Virus record (IMG/VR): IMGVR_UViG_3300042366_000810
Span: 6,089-70,088 of that record
From: a virus
Taxonomy: Duplodnaviria; Caudoviricetes
Strand: one strand, 5' to 3'
DNA: 64,000 bases
This document shows, piece by piece, positions 47,257 to 56,311 of the stretch. Both the position numbers and the translations under genes were made by a program. How positions within the stretch are numbered: the stretch's first letter is position 1; each line of letters opens with the position of its first letter. A model generated the notes under the pieces. It was given only the letters and a program-made list of their open reading frames with translations. It did not search any database and was not told the origin of the DNA.

Positions 47257-50200
47257 ATGGGATATACAGGTTTGCATGTCCACACTCACTATTCTTTAAT
47301 GGATGGTGTTGCGACTCCAGCAGAATATTTAGATCGTGCTGTATTGCTAGGAATGAATTCTTTAGCAATAACAGATCATGGCACTTTATCTGGACATCGT
47401 GAATTTGCTCGTGAAGCAAAAGCAAGGGGCATCAAGCCAATTCTTGGCATAGAAGGCTATATGACAAATGATCGTCATGATCGTAGAGAAAAAGCAGAAA
47501 GAACTGAGCCATTAGATTCTGTTTATAACCATATAGTCCTTCTTGCCAAAAATGAAGAAGGTTTAGAAAATTTAAATAAAATTAATGAAATTGCTTGGAC
47601 TGAAGGATATTTTAGAAAACCAAGATTTGATTTTGAAATTTTAGAAAAATATAATAAAGGATTAATTGTTACTTCTGCTTGTCTTAGTGGAATTGTAGCA
47701 AAAGCAATTGAATCAGATAATTATGCTATTGCAAAAGAAAGAATTGAATGGTTTAAAAAAGTTTTTGGAGAAGACTACTATATAGAAGTAATGCCACATA
47801 ATCCAGCACAAGTCAATATAGCATTATTAGATATAGCAGACGAGTTTAAGGTTAAATCAATTGTAACTCCAGATTGTCATCATGCCGATATCTCACAAAA
47901 AGAAATACAAGAGTTGATGTTAATTTTAAATACTCATGCAAAATTAGAAAAAAATGTTAATTATGAAAAATCTAAATCATATAAAGATATGATGAAACGT
48001 TTAGATTATTTATATGGCAGAGAAAGAATGATGAGTTTTAATAAATTTAATATTCACTTGCTTTCATATGAAGAAATCAAAAATGATATGTTAAAGCATG
48101 ATATCTATAGAGAAGATATTTATGAAAATACTAATGAGATTGCTAATAAAGTTGAAGACTATAATATTAAAGAAAAATTAAATTTATTACCAGTTCAATA
48201 TAAAAATCCAGATCAAGAATTAGCAAATTTAGCATTTGCTGGATTAGAAGAAAAAAAATTAAACTCTAATTGGCTTGGCAATGATATTTATGAACAAAGA
48301 TTAGATGAAGAACTTTCTATAATTAGAGAAAAAAAGTTTGCTCCGTACTTTCTTGTTGTAAGTAATATGATTAACTGGGCAAAAAAAGAAGGTATCATGG
48401 TTGGTCCAGGTCGAGGTTCTTCTGCTGGATCTTTACTTTGTTATCTATTAGGAATTACTGAAATTGATCCAATTGAACACGGTCTTTTATTTTTCCGATT
48501 TATTAATCCAGACCGTAATGACTTTCCAGATATTGATACCGATATTCAAGATTCTCGTCGTGACGAAGTAAAAGATTATCTTGTTAAACAATATAGACAC
48601 GTTGCATCAATTGCAACATTTTTAGAGTTTAAAGATAAGGGTGTTGTTAGAGATGTTGCTAGAGCATTAAACGTACCATTGCCAGATGTAAACAAAGTAT
48701 TAAAATTAGTTGATACTTGGGATGAGTACTGTACAAGTAAAACAACTCAATGGTTTAGAGATAAATATCCAGAAATAGAAAAGTTAGGAGAGCAATTACG
48801 TGGTCGTATTAGAGGTACTGGCATTCATGCTGCTGGGGTTGTCACTAGTAAAAATCCTATTTTTAGGTACGCACCGTTGGAAACCCGCTCTTCTCCTGGT
48901 TCTAATGAGCGTATTCCTGTTGTTGCAGTTGACATGGAAGAGGCTGAAAAGATTGGACTTATTAAGATAGATGCACTTGGTTTAAAAACATTAAGTGTCA
49001 TTCAAGATACAATTTCTGAAATTGAAAAGCGACAATTTAAAAAGATTGATTTACTTAACGTTGATTTAGAGGATCAAAAAGTATATGAAATGCTTTCTTC
49101 TGGATATACTAAAGGCGTATTTCAATGTGAAGCAACACCATATACAAATCTTTTAGTTAAAATGGGTGTTAAGAATTTATCTGAACTTGCTGCATCAAAT
49201 GCTCTTGTTAGACCAGGAGCCATGAATACAATTGGAAAAGATTATATTTTACGTAAACATGGTAAACAAAAAGTTACATATTTACATGATAAAATTAAAG
49301 AGATTACCTCAGATACATATGGTTGTATTTTGTATCAAGAGCAAGTTATGCAGGCGTGTGTTGAGTTAGGTGGAATGACAATGTCTGAGGCTGATCAAGT
49401 AAGAAAAATTATTGGTAAGAAAAAGAATGCGAGGGAATTTGATGCGTTTAAGGAAAAATTTGTCAATGGCGCTTCTACTTTTATTAGTCCCAATATTGCT
49501 CGTGATTTATGGCATGATTTCGAAGCGCATGCGGGCTACTCGTTCAATAAGAGCCATGCAGTTGCTTACTCTACTCTCTCGTATTGGACGGCGTGGTTAA
49601 AATATTATTATCCACTGGAGTTCATGTTTGCTTTATTAAAAAATGAAAAAGATCCAGACAACAGAACTGAATATTTAATTGAAGCAAAAAGAATGAATAT
49701 TCCAATTAAGTTACCTCATATTAATGACTCTGATAAGGATTTTAAAATTGAGGGTAAAGGTATTAGGTTTGGATTATCTGCAATTAAATATATTTCTAAT
49801 ACAATTGCCGATAGATATATTGCTGCACGTCCGTTTAAATCTTATAAAGAATTAGAAGAGTTTACCTTTACAAAAGGCAATGGTGTAAATAGTAGAGCCC
49901 TAAATGCTTTGCGTTTAGTCGGTGCAGCAACATTTTCTGATAACCCAAGAAATGATGAAGAGATTAAAAATAATCTTTATGAGTTTTTAAATCTTCCAGA
50001 ATTTAATATTACCATTCCATCTCACTATCATGCATTTATTAATGAAGTTTGTGATTTTGAAGAAAAAGGTTCTTTTATTTTAATGGGTATGGTTAAGTCT
50101 ATTAAAAGAGGTAAGGGTTGGTCTAGAGTAGAAATATTAGATAAAACTGGATCTATTGGAATTTTTGACGATGAACAAACAACTATTGAAAGCGGTAAAA

Positions 50201-50553
50201 CTTATTTATTATTAGCATCTGATAATAGAATTGTTACTGCTGTTCCAGTAGAAGAATTAAGATTATCTACAAATCCATTAGTTAAATTTTTAAATTATAA
50301 AATGTTGCCATATGCTGATGAACAATACTATGTTATTTCTTTTAAACCAAGGACAACTAAAGCAGGTAAAAAGATGGCACTACTAACTCTTGCAGATAGT
50401 AATAGAGATTTGCATCCAATTACAGTATTTCCAACTGCTTTCGCAAAAGCATACATGCATATTAAAGAAGGAAATCATTATAAATTTACTTTTGGAGAAA
50501 CAAAAGATGGAACTAAAATAATGGAGGATATAATAAATGACAGTAACAATTGA
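47257..50553 (+). CDS. dnaE: DNA polymerase III alpha subunit
   Basis: LHVHTHYS..DG, TDHG, GPGRGSSAGS, FPDIDTD, HAAGVV, KIDALGL, GVFQ, YSFNKSHA; no intein. Confidence 0.97.
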   Translation: MGYTGLHVHTHYSLMDGVATPAEYLDRAVLLGMNSLAITDHGTLSGHREFAREAKARGIKPILGIEGYMTNDRHDRREKAERTEPLDSVYNHIVLLAKNEEGLENLNKINEIAWTEGYFRKPRFDFEILEKYNKGLIVTSACLSGIVAKAIESDNYAIAKERIEWFKKVFGEDYYIEVMPHNPAQVNIALLDIADEFKVKSIVTPDCHHADISQKEIQELMLILNTHAKLEKNVNYEKSKSYKDMMKRLDYLYGRERMMSFNKFNIHLLSYEEIKNDMLKHDIYREDIYENTNEIANKVEDYNIKEKLNLLPVQYKNPDQELANLAFAGLEEKKLNSNWLGNDIYEQRLDEELSIIREKKFAPYFLVVSNMINWAKKEGIMVGPGRGSSAGSLLCYLLGITEIDPIEHGLLFFRFINPDRNDFPDIDTDIQDSRRDEVKDYLVKQYRHVASIATFLEFKDKGVVRDVARALNVPLPDVNKVLKLVDTWDEYCTSKTTQWFRDKYPEIEKLGEQLRGRIRGTGIHAAGVVTSKNPIFRYAPLETRSSPGSNERIPVVAVDMEEAEKIGLIKIDALGLKTLSVIQDTISEIEKRQFKKIDLLNVDLEDQKVYEMLSSGYTKGVFQCEATPYTNLLVKMGVKNLSELAASNALVRPGAMNTIGKDYILRKHGKQKVTYLHDKIKEITSDTYGCILYQEQVMQACVELGGMTMSEADQVRKIIGKKKNAREFDAFKEKFVNGASTFISPNIARDLWHDFEAHAGYSFNKSHAVAYSTLSYWTAWLKYYYPLEFMFALLKNEKDPDNRTEYLIEAKRMNIPIKLPHINDSDKDFKIEGKGIRFGLSAIKYISNTIADRYIAARPFKSYKELEEFTFTKGNGVNSRALNALRLVGAATFSDNPRNDEEIKNNLYEFLNLPEFNITIPSHYHAFINEVCDFEEKGSFILMGMVKSIKRGKGWSRVEILDKTGSIGIFDDEQTTIESGKTYLLLASDNRIVTAVPVEELRLSTNPLVKFLNYKMLPYADEQYYVISFKPRTTKAGKKMALLTLADSNRDLHPITVFPTAFAKAYMHIKEGNHYKFTFGETKDGTKIMEDIINDSNN

Positions 50554-51553
50554 TGATGTATTATCACAACTAGATCCAAGAATTCGTAAAAAATTAGCAA
50601 ATGGTGTTGGAATTAATGTTGAATATCAACAGACACCAAGCCATGGATTAAATAAGGCATTAAATGGTGGGTTGCCATATGGTAGACAAGTATTGATTTG
50701 GGGAAGTAAATCAAGTGCAAAATCTTCTTTATGTTTACAAACAATAGCCTTAGCACAGCAAGAAGGTAAAGTATGTGCCTGGATAGATGCAGAAATGTCG
50801 TACTCAGAAGAGTGGGCTAGATCTCTTGGAGTAGATCCAGAAAAACTTATTTATTCTGAAGCAAGAACTATTAATGATATGGTTGATGTTGCAACAAATT
50901 TGATGCAAGCGGGTGTTGATTTAATTGTTGTTGATAGTATTACTTCTTTGCTACCAGCAATATATTTTGAAAAAGATTCGGATGAATTAAAACAATTAGA
51001 AAATACAAAACAGATAGGTGCAGAGTCTAGAGATTTTAGTAATGCTTGGAAAATGTTAAATTATGCAAATAATAAAGTTAAGCCTACTTTGTTGATTCTT
51101 ATTTCACAATCTAGAAATAATATTAATGCAATGTATACTAGTCAACAACCATCTGGAGGTCAGGCAACTAAGTTTTATTCTTCAACAGTAATAAAGTTAT
51201 TTTCTTCAGAGTCTGACAATCAAGCAATTAAGGGGAAGATTTCTGTTGGAGACAAACTAATTGAAGAAAAGATTGGTAGAAAAGTTAGATGGGAATTGCA
51301 ATTTTCTAAAACCTCTCCAGCATTTCAATCTGGAGAATACGATTTTTATTTTAGAGGAGACACATTGGGCATAGATGCTGTAGCAGATTTAGTAGACACT
51401 GCAGAGTTAATGGGGATTGTATCTAGAACTGGAGCCTGGTATATTCTTCCCGATGGCAATAAAATTCAGGGCAGGGACGGATTTATTTCTAAGGTAAGAG
51501 AAGACAAAGAACTATATACACAGATAATAAGCAAGGTTAAAGAACTTGGATAA
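50537..51553 (+). CDS. recA: RecA-family recombinase
   Basis: GGLPYGR..IWGSKSSAKS, WIDAE, LIVVDSI, GGQATKFYSS. Confidence 0.92.
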   Translation: MTVTIDDVLSQLDPRIRKKLANGVGINVEYQQTPSHGLNKALNGGLPYGRQVLIWGSKSSAKSSLCLQTIALAQQEGKVCAWIDAEMSYSEEWARSLGVDPEKLIYSEARTINDMVDVATNLMQAGVDLIVVDSITSLLPAIYFEKDSDELKQLENTKQIGAESRDFSNAWKMLNYANNKVKPTLLILISQSRNNINAMYTSQQPSGGQATKFYSSTVIKLFSSESDNQAIKGKISVGDKLIEEKIGRKVRWELQFSKTSPAFQSGEYDFYFRGDTLGIDAVADLVDTAELMGIVSRTGAWYILPDGNKIQGRDGFISKVREDKELYTQIISKVKELG

Positions 51554-51740
51554 AAAGTTCTCAGTGTACCCTGGTAAGTTTCCATGCCACACCTGCAAGG
51601 AAGAGGTGGGATCAATCAGAGTTTGGCTAGAGACAACAGATGTTACTTGGATGTGTAGTAAAAAACATATTTCTAAGGTTAGATTGGTCCCAGATAAAAA
51701 GTATTATTCGAAAAAAAATAAAAAGGATAATGGTGTATAA
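51546..51740 (+). CDS. Small Zn-finger protein
   Basis: CHTC...C...H motif. Confidence 0.6.
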   Translation: MDKKFSVYPGKFPCHTCKEEVGSIRVWLETTDVTWMCSKKHISKVRLVPDKKYYSKKNKKDNGV

Positions 51741-51747
51741 TTAAAAT

Positions 51748-52347
51748 ATGATAACTGAATTTAAAAATCAAATCTATAAAAATATATTTTCTGATCAAGA
51801 TATCTCTGATATTTATAATGTAATTAATAATGCTAAGGAAGAGTCAACTTTTGTTGTAAAACAATATAGACAAAAGGCTTATTTTGTTGATTTACCAAAT
51901 CATATTGTTGAAAAAATTATTAGTTTTGTTAAAAATATTTATCCATATGAATTAAACTTAAAAGAAATATCTTTTGCAACATATAAAAAAATTGATGGAG
52001 TTGATCCAATACTTAGCCCTCACTTTGATACAACCTTTGAAGAGCCAAGATTTACATTTGATATTCAATTAAAATCTAATATAAGTTGGCCAATTGTAGT
52101 AGAAGGTAAAGAATTTACGCTTAATGATAACGAAGCGTTAACATTTTTTGGAACAAGTCAAATACATTGGAGAACATATAGAGAATTTAAGGACACAGAT
52201 TTTATAGATATGATATTTTGTCATTTTACATTAGCAGATAATAATAAAAAAATAACTATCGAAGAAACTCGAGAATTAAATAAACGACTTTTATATTTTA
52301 TGGATAATTTTTATCAAAAAATAATTGAAAGACTAAAGAATGACTGA
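51748..52347 (+). CDS. 2OG-Fe(II) oxygenase-like protein
   Basis: L.PHFD..FDIQL..WPIVVEG..L.DNEAL.F....HWR..FCHF; HxD...H triad. Confidence 0.7.
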   Translation: MITEFKNQIYKNIFSDQDISDIYNVINNAKEESTFVVKQYRQKAYFVDLPNHIVEKIISFVKNIYPYELNLKEISFATYKKIDGVDPILSPHFDTTFEEPRFTFDIQLKSNISWPIVVEGKEFTLNDNEALTFFGTSQIHWRTYREFKDTDFIDMIFCHFTLADNNKKITIEETRELNKRLLYFMDNFYQKIIERLKND

Positions 52348-52633
52348 AAAATCTGAAATTAAAAGACTAAAAACTGCAAAAGCCCACAAAAATTCTGGAC
52401 GTAATACTAAAAAAGGAGATGCAACTTGGGAGTCTTTTGTTGTTGATATTAAAGAAGCAAAAAAATCTTTTACTATTAATGAAAAAGTTTGGGCTAAAAT
52501 TACAACAGATGCAATTAAATCTGGTATTAATAAATCTCCAGCATTGATTTTAGTGCTTGGGGATGGACCTAAAAAAACTCGTTTAGTTGTAACAGAGTTA
52601 GAAGTAATCAAAGATATGATAGGTAGGGTATAA
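52340..52633 (+). CDS. PD-(D/E)XK Holliday-junction-resolvase-like nuclease
   Basis: E.KR..NSG..KGD......VDIKE..W.KI pattern. Confidence 0.65.
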   Translation: MTEKSEIKRLKTAKAHKNSGRNTKKGDATWESFVVDIKEAKKSFTINEKVWAKITTDAIKSGINKSPALILVLGDGPKKTRLVVTELEVIKDMIGRV

Positions 52634-52640
52634 TATAAAT

Positions 52641-53297
52641 ATGGAAACAATAACAGCAGTATTGCCAAACTTTTTTACAGATAATGAAGAAAAAGTTTTG
52701 CGTAATTTAGTTGAAACAAATAGACAACTAGAGCCAAACTCTAGTAGATATGCTCCAATGATAATTGAATCAATGTCTAGAATGCAAATAGAATTTGATA
52801 TGCCAAAAGATATTGAAAAAAAATTAACCGATTTAGCAAAACAATATTATAATGATCCAGATTTAATTTTAAGTCATTATCAATATTTAGATTATTATGG
52901 CAAGTATGGCAAAGGAAACTCTCCAATGTTGCCTCCGCATTTAGATACAGAAAATTATTATACTAAAATTAGCATTGACTATCAAATGAAATCTAATATT
53001 GATTGGGCAATTGTAGTAGAAGGTCAAAAATTTATTTTAAAGGATAGCGAAGTTTTAGTTTTTGAAGCAGGAGAAAGAATTCATTGGAGAGATCCTATTA
53101 AATTAAAATCAGAAGATCGTTGTGAGGTTATTGTATTTCATTTTTCAAATAAAGATGATCATCAGCCTTATGTTGAAAAACAAATGGATCAAGAAGAAAG
53201 ACAAAAAATTATTGACTATCATAATAATATGCCAAGAATGCAAAAATATAGAAAAGAATTTTTTGAAGAATTAAGAATTTTAGAAAGTAAGGAATAA
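52641..53297 (+). CDS. 2OG-Fe(II) oxygenase-like protein (paralogue of 51748)
   Basis: LPPHLD..IDYQMKSNIDWAIVVEG..HWR..VFHF. Confidence 0.7.
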   Translation: METITAVLPNFFTDNEEKVLRNLVETNRQLEPNSSRYAPMIIESMSRMQIEFDMPKDIEKKLTDLAKQYYNDPDLILSHYQYLDYYGKYGKGNSPMLPPHLDTENYYTKISIDYQMKSNIDWAIVVEGQKFILKDSEVLVFEAGERIHWRDPIKLKSEDRCEVIVFHFSNKDDHQPYVEKQMDQEERQKIIDYHNNMPRMQKYRKEFFEELRILESKE

Positions 53298-53602
53298 TGG
53301 AACCAGAAAAAACTACCTTGGAGTCCGTAAATGGCTTAGTAGAAATTGCTGAGTATATGGACGATAAAGAATTAACAACTTCTTTAGAAATGATTGCTAA
53401 GTTAATAATCAAACCTGATATTCCAATTACAATAGCAACAGTTGAAATTGTTAGGCTGCAAGCAATTGCTGCTAAAATGGCATTAAAGGCAACTTGGATG
53501 GCCAATGTTGATAAAGAAAATAGAGCCAAGAAAAATATTTACTATACAGCAGCAGAATCAGTAAATAATTTGGTTTCTGCTCTTAAGTATATAACTCGCT
53601 GA
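53297..53602 (+). CDS. Hypothetical helical protein
   Basis: Intact ORF coupled by TAATG. Confidence 0.7.
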   Translation: MEPEKTTLESVNGLVEIAEYMDDKELTTSLEMIAKLIIKPDIPITIATVEIVRLQAIAAKMALKATWMANVDKENRAKKNIYYTAAESVNNLVSALKYITR

Positions 53603-53635
53603 TTTCTGCTATACTTATACAAACAAAGGAATATA

Positions 53636-54457
53636 ATGACAAGCAATTTATTAAAACAAGTTATGATAAAAAAGCCAGAATTGGCAAAGCAAGAGCCATT
53701 TTTAAATGCACGAGATTTAATTGAAAAAATAGAATCTGGGTATACTGTAAATAATTTACCAAAACATACTCAGAAAAAAACATTTGCTCCATCTACTATT
53801 GCATATAATCATGGAGAATGTCCAAGATATTGGTATTTGGCTTTTAATGGTGTTGAGTTTGAAGACAATTCAGATTCAAAAGGTGTTGCTAATAGAACAA
53901 ACGGAAGTCACTCTCATTCAAGAATTCAAGAGGCAATGATGAATTCTGGCACTGTTCATATCTTTAAAGATGAAAATAATCAACCCACAACTGAATTTAA
54001 AATTATGAATCAAGACCCATCGATATATGGGTACGGAGACGTAATGATTAAATGGAATGGAGAAGATATCCTTGGAGAAATTAAAACAGTTCCTCACGAT
54101 GGTTTTGAATATAGAAAAAATACTGGTAAGGCAAAGAAAGCGCATTTAATTCAACTATTAATATATATGAAAGTTTTAGGAAAAAAGAAGGCAGTTTTAA
54201 TTTATGAAAATAAGAATAATCATGAATTATTAATCATTCCAGTTGAAGTAAATGATGTTTATAGAAAATGGGTAGAAGATGCATTTGAATGGATGCGTAC
54301 AGTAAAGCAGGCGTGGAAAGATAAAACTATTCCACAAAAAAATTACAGATCAAATTCAAAGATTTGTAAAAACTGTCCAATTCAAAAAGCATGCAGTAAT
54401 GCCGAGGTGGGTACCATAAAGATACCGTCTCTGGAGGAATTGAGTGAAACCATGTAG
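53636..54457 (+). CDS. Cas4/AddB-like PD-(D/E)XK exonuclease with a probable Fe-S cluster
   Basis: APS..ECPRYW, G..H, GYGD..GEIKT, H.IQL.IY, C-terminal CKNC....C (four-Cys cage). Confidence 0.8.
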   Translation: MTSNLLKQVMIKKPELAKQEPFLNARDLIEKIESGYTVNNLPKHTQKKTFAPSTIAYNHGECPRYWYLAFNGVEFEDNSDSKGVANRTNGSHSHSRIQEAMMNSGTVHIFKDENNQPTTEFKIMNQDPSIYGYGDVMIKWNGEDILGEIKTVPHDGFEYRKNTGKAKKAHLIQLLIYMKVLGKKKAVLIYENKNNHELLIIPVEVNDVYRKWVEDAFEWMRTVKQAWKDKTIPQKNYRSNSKICKNCPIQKACSNAEVGTIKIPSLEELSETM

Positions 54458-54722
54458 TTGGTGTGACAATAGATTTAAACCTAATGTTTCTTATCAAATA
54501 TATTGTAGCGCTCATTGCAGATCTGAGGCAACTAAAGAAAAAATTGTTCTTAGATATGAAATGGCAAAGCGCAAAAAAAGAAAAAGCAAAAATAGAAAAT
54601 GTGCAGCAGGTTGTGGTACAACTTTATCAATTTATAACGATGATCAAATTTGTTATGATTGCTCAATCAATCCAAAAGAAGTAAACAAAGTTTTAAAAAA
54701 AATTAAAGGAATGTCTAAGTGA
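54444..54722 (+). CDS. Zn-finger protein
   Basis: CSWC..YCSAHC..CAAGC..CYDC. Confidence 0.7.
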   Translation: MKPCSWCDNRFKPNVSYQIYCSAHCRSEATKEKIVLRYEMAKRKKRKSKNRKCAAGCGTTLSIYNDDQICYDCSINPKEVNKVLKKIKGMSK

Positions 54723-55294
54723 TTGTAAAAATATTAAAAGGATTATCGCCAAAAACTATTTGTTCAATAGACGCTAGCACCAATAGTTTGGCTTTTGCTA
54801 TTTTTACAGATAAAAAATTAATGGTTAATGGAAAAATTAAATTTGATGGAAATACAATATATCAAAAAGTAGGTGATGCTTATGCAAAAACACGAGCATT
54901 ATTTAACATGTATAGTATTGATGGTGTAGTCATTGAGCATACAATATTTATTAATAGTCCAAAAACTGCTGCAGACTTAGCGCTAGTTCAAGGAGCAATT
55001 CTTTCAGCATTATGGGAAAGCGGGGTATCTGAAATAGGATCCGTGTCACCCATAACGTGGCAATCATATATTGGAAATAAAAAGCCAACAAAAGAAGATC
55101 GTATAGCGTTAAAGGCTCAACATCCAGATAAATCCGATTCTTGGCTAAAAAATTATGAACGTAGTCTACGTAAAGAAAAAACTATAAGGTTTGTTAATAT
55201 TAATTATGACAGAGAGATATCAGATAATGATGTTGCAGACGCTGTAGCAATAGGTCATTGGGCACTAGATAACTGGGGAAAGTTGACAAAATAA
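54719..55294 (+). CDS. ruvC: RuvC-like Holliday junction resolvase
   Basis: SIDAST, VVIEH, LALVQG, D..ADAVAIG acidic tetrad. Confidence 0.8.
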   Translation: MIVKILKGLSPKTICSIDASTNSLAFAIFTDKKLMVNGKIKFDGNTIYQKVGDAYAKTRALFNMYSIDGVVIEHTIFINSPKTAADLALVQGAILSALWESGVSEIGSVSPITWQSYIGNKKPTKEDRIALKAQHPDKSDSWLKNYERSLRKEKTIRFVNINYDREISDNDVADAVAIGHWALDNWGKLTK

Positions 55295-55453
55295 ATGATG
55301 GCTGGTAAACTATATACAAGCGAGGCTTGGCTCCGTAAAAGGTTTGTTATGGATAAAAAGTCTCCACAAGATATTGCTAAGGAGTGTGGAACTAGTGTTG
55401 AAACTATTTACGTATACCTGGCAAAATTTGGATTAAGGAAGTCAAAAAGATGA
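55295..55453 (+). CDS. 52-aa helix-turn-helix protein
   Basis: MMAGKLYTSEAWLRKRFVMDKKSPQDIAKECGTSVETIYVYLAKFGLRKSKR*; ATGA overlap with the next gene. Not in the ORF track. Confidence 0.75.
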   Translation: MMAGKLYTSEAWLRKRFVMDKKSPQDIAKECGTSVETIYVYLAKFGLRKSKR

Positions 55454-55785
55454 GACCAGTTCCAGTATATAAAGATATGAATCGCTTTGAGTATGATGAT
55501 TTATATATGCATTCATTATCTGCTCCATCTGGCAATGCAATATTAATGAACTGTATGGGGATTGCACAAATGTTAATTGAAAAAAATATTTCATATGGAG
55601 ATTCCGCATTAGATCCAGTAAGAATTTTTAGTAAGGCTAATCCAATAGAGCAGTTACACGTAAGGATAGATGACAAGTTAAGTCGTCTAATGAAAGGAAC
55701 TGAACATGTTGGAGATAACGATATTGATGATTTAATTGGATATTTAATTTTATTAAAGGTAGCAAAAGAAAAAAATGACAACTGA
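55450..55785 (+). CDS. Nucleotide-modification-associated domain 1 (DUF1599-like) helical protein
   Basis: LIEKN..YGDS...RIDDKLSRL....D...DLIGY pattern. Confidence 0.55.
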   Translation: MRPVPVYKDMNRFEYDDLYMHSLSAPSGNAILMNCMGIAQMLIEKNISYGDSALDPVRIFSKANPIEQLHVRIDDKLSRLMKGTEHVGDNDIDDLIGYLILLKVAKEKNDN

Positions 55786-56311
55786 AACAGATATTGTAGA
55801 ACATTTAGATGAAGTCAATAAAGTTGTTGAGCATTATTTAAAAGGTAATGATGCAACTAAAATCTCTAAAGATTTATCAATTCCAAGGACTCGTGTTGTT
55901 GCATTAATAAATGAATGGAAAGTCATGGCTTCTGCTAATGATGCAATTCGTGCTAGAGCAAAAGAAGCATTGGCATCAATGGATGCACATTATGGAAAGT
56001 TAATTTCTAAAGCATATGAGGTAATTGACGAAGCAACATTAAACAATAATCTTAGTGCAAAAACTCAAGGAATTAAATTAGTTGTTGATATTGAAAAGGC
56101 TAGAATTGAAATGTTACAAAAGGCTGGATTGTTAGAAAATAAAGAACTTGCTGAAGAAATGGTAGAAATAGAAAAACGTCAAGAAGTTTTAATGGAAATA
56201 CTAAAAGATATTGCAAGTGAGCATCCAGAAGTAAGAGATAAAATTATGAAAAGATTATCTGATATTGCCAAGGAAAATGAGGTAATAACTATTGTCCACG
56301 ATGTTCAATGA
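55775..56311 (+). CDS. Probable terminase small subunit
   Basis: N-terminal HTH (ISKDLSIPRTRV) plus coiled coil; overlaps the large-subunit start. Confidence 0.6.
   Translation: MTTETDIVEHLDEVNKVVEHYLKGNDATKISKDLSIPRTRVVALINEWKVMASANDAIRARAKEALASMDAHYGKLISKAYEVIDEATLNNNLSAKTQGIKLVVDIEKARIEMLQKAGLLENKELAEEMVEIEKRQEVLMEILKDIASEHPEVRDKIMKRLSDIAKENEVITIVHDVQ

Noticed and set aside
49490-49600. Locally GC-richer codon patches (also about 40900..41040 and 51400..51640) as recent recombination tracts
   Set aside because: Visible by eye only, short, and not quantifiable without computation; the overlapping 49412..49600 ORF is probably a by-product.
53636-54457. CRISPR-Cas suggested by the Cas4-like nuclease
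   Set aside because: No repeat-spacer array or other cas genes; stand-alone Cas4-like exonucleases are common in phage recombination modules.
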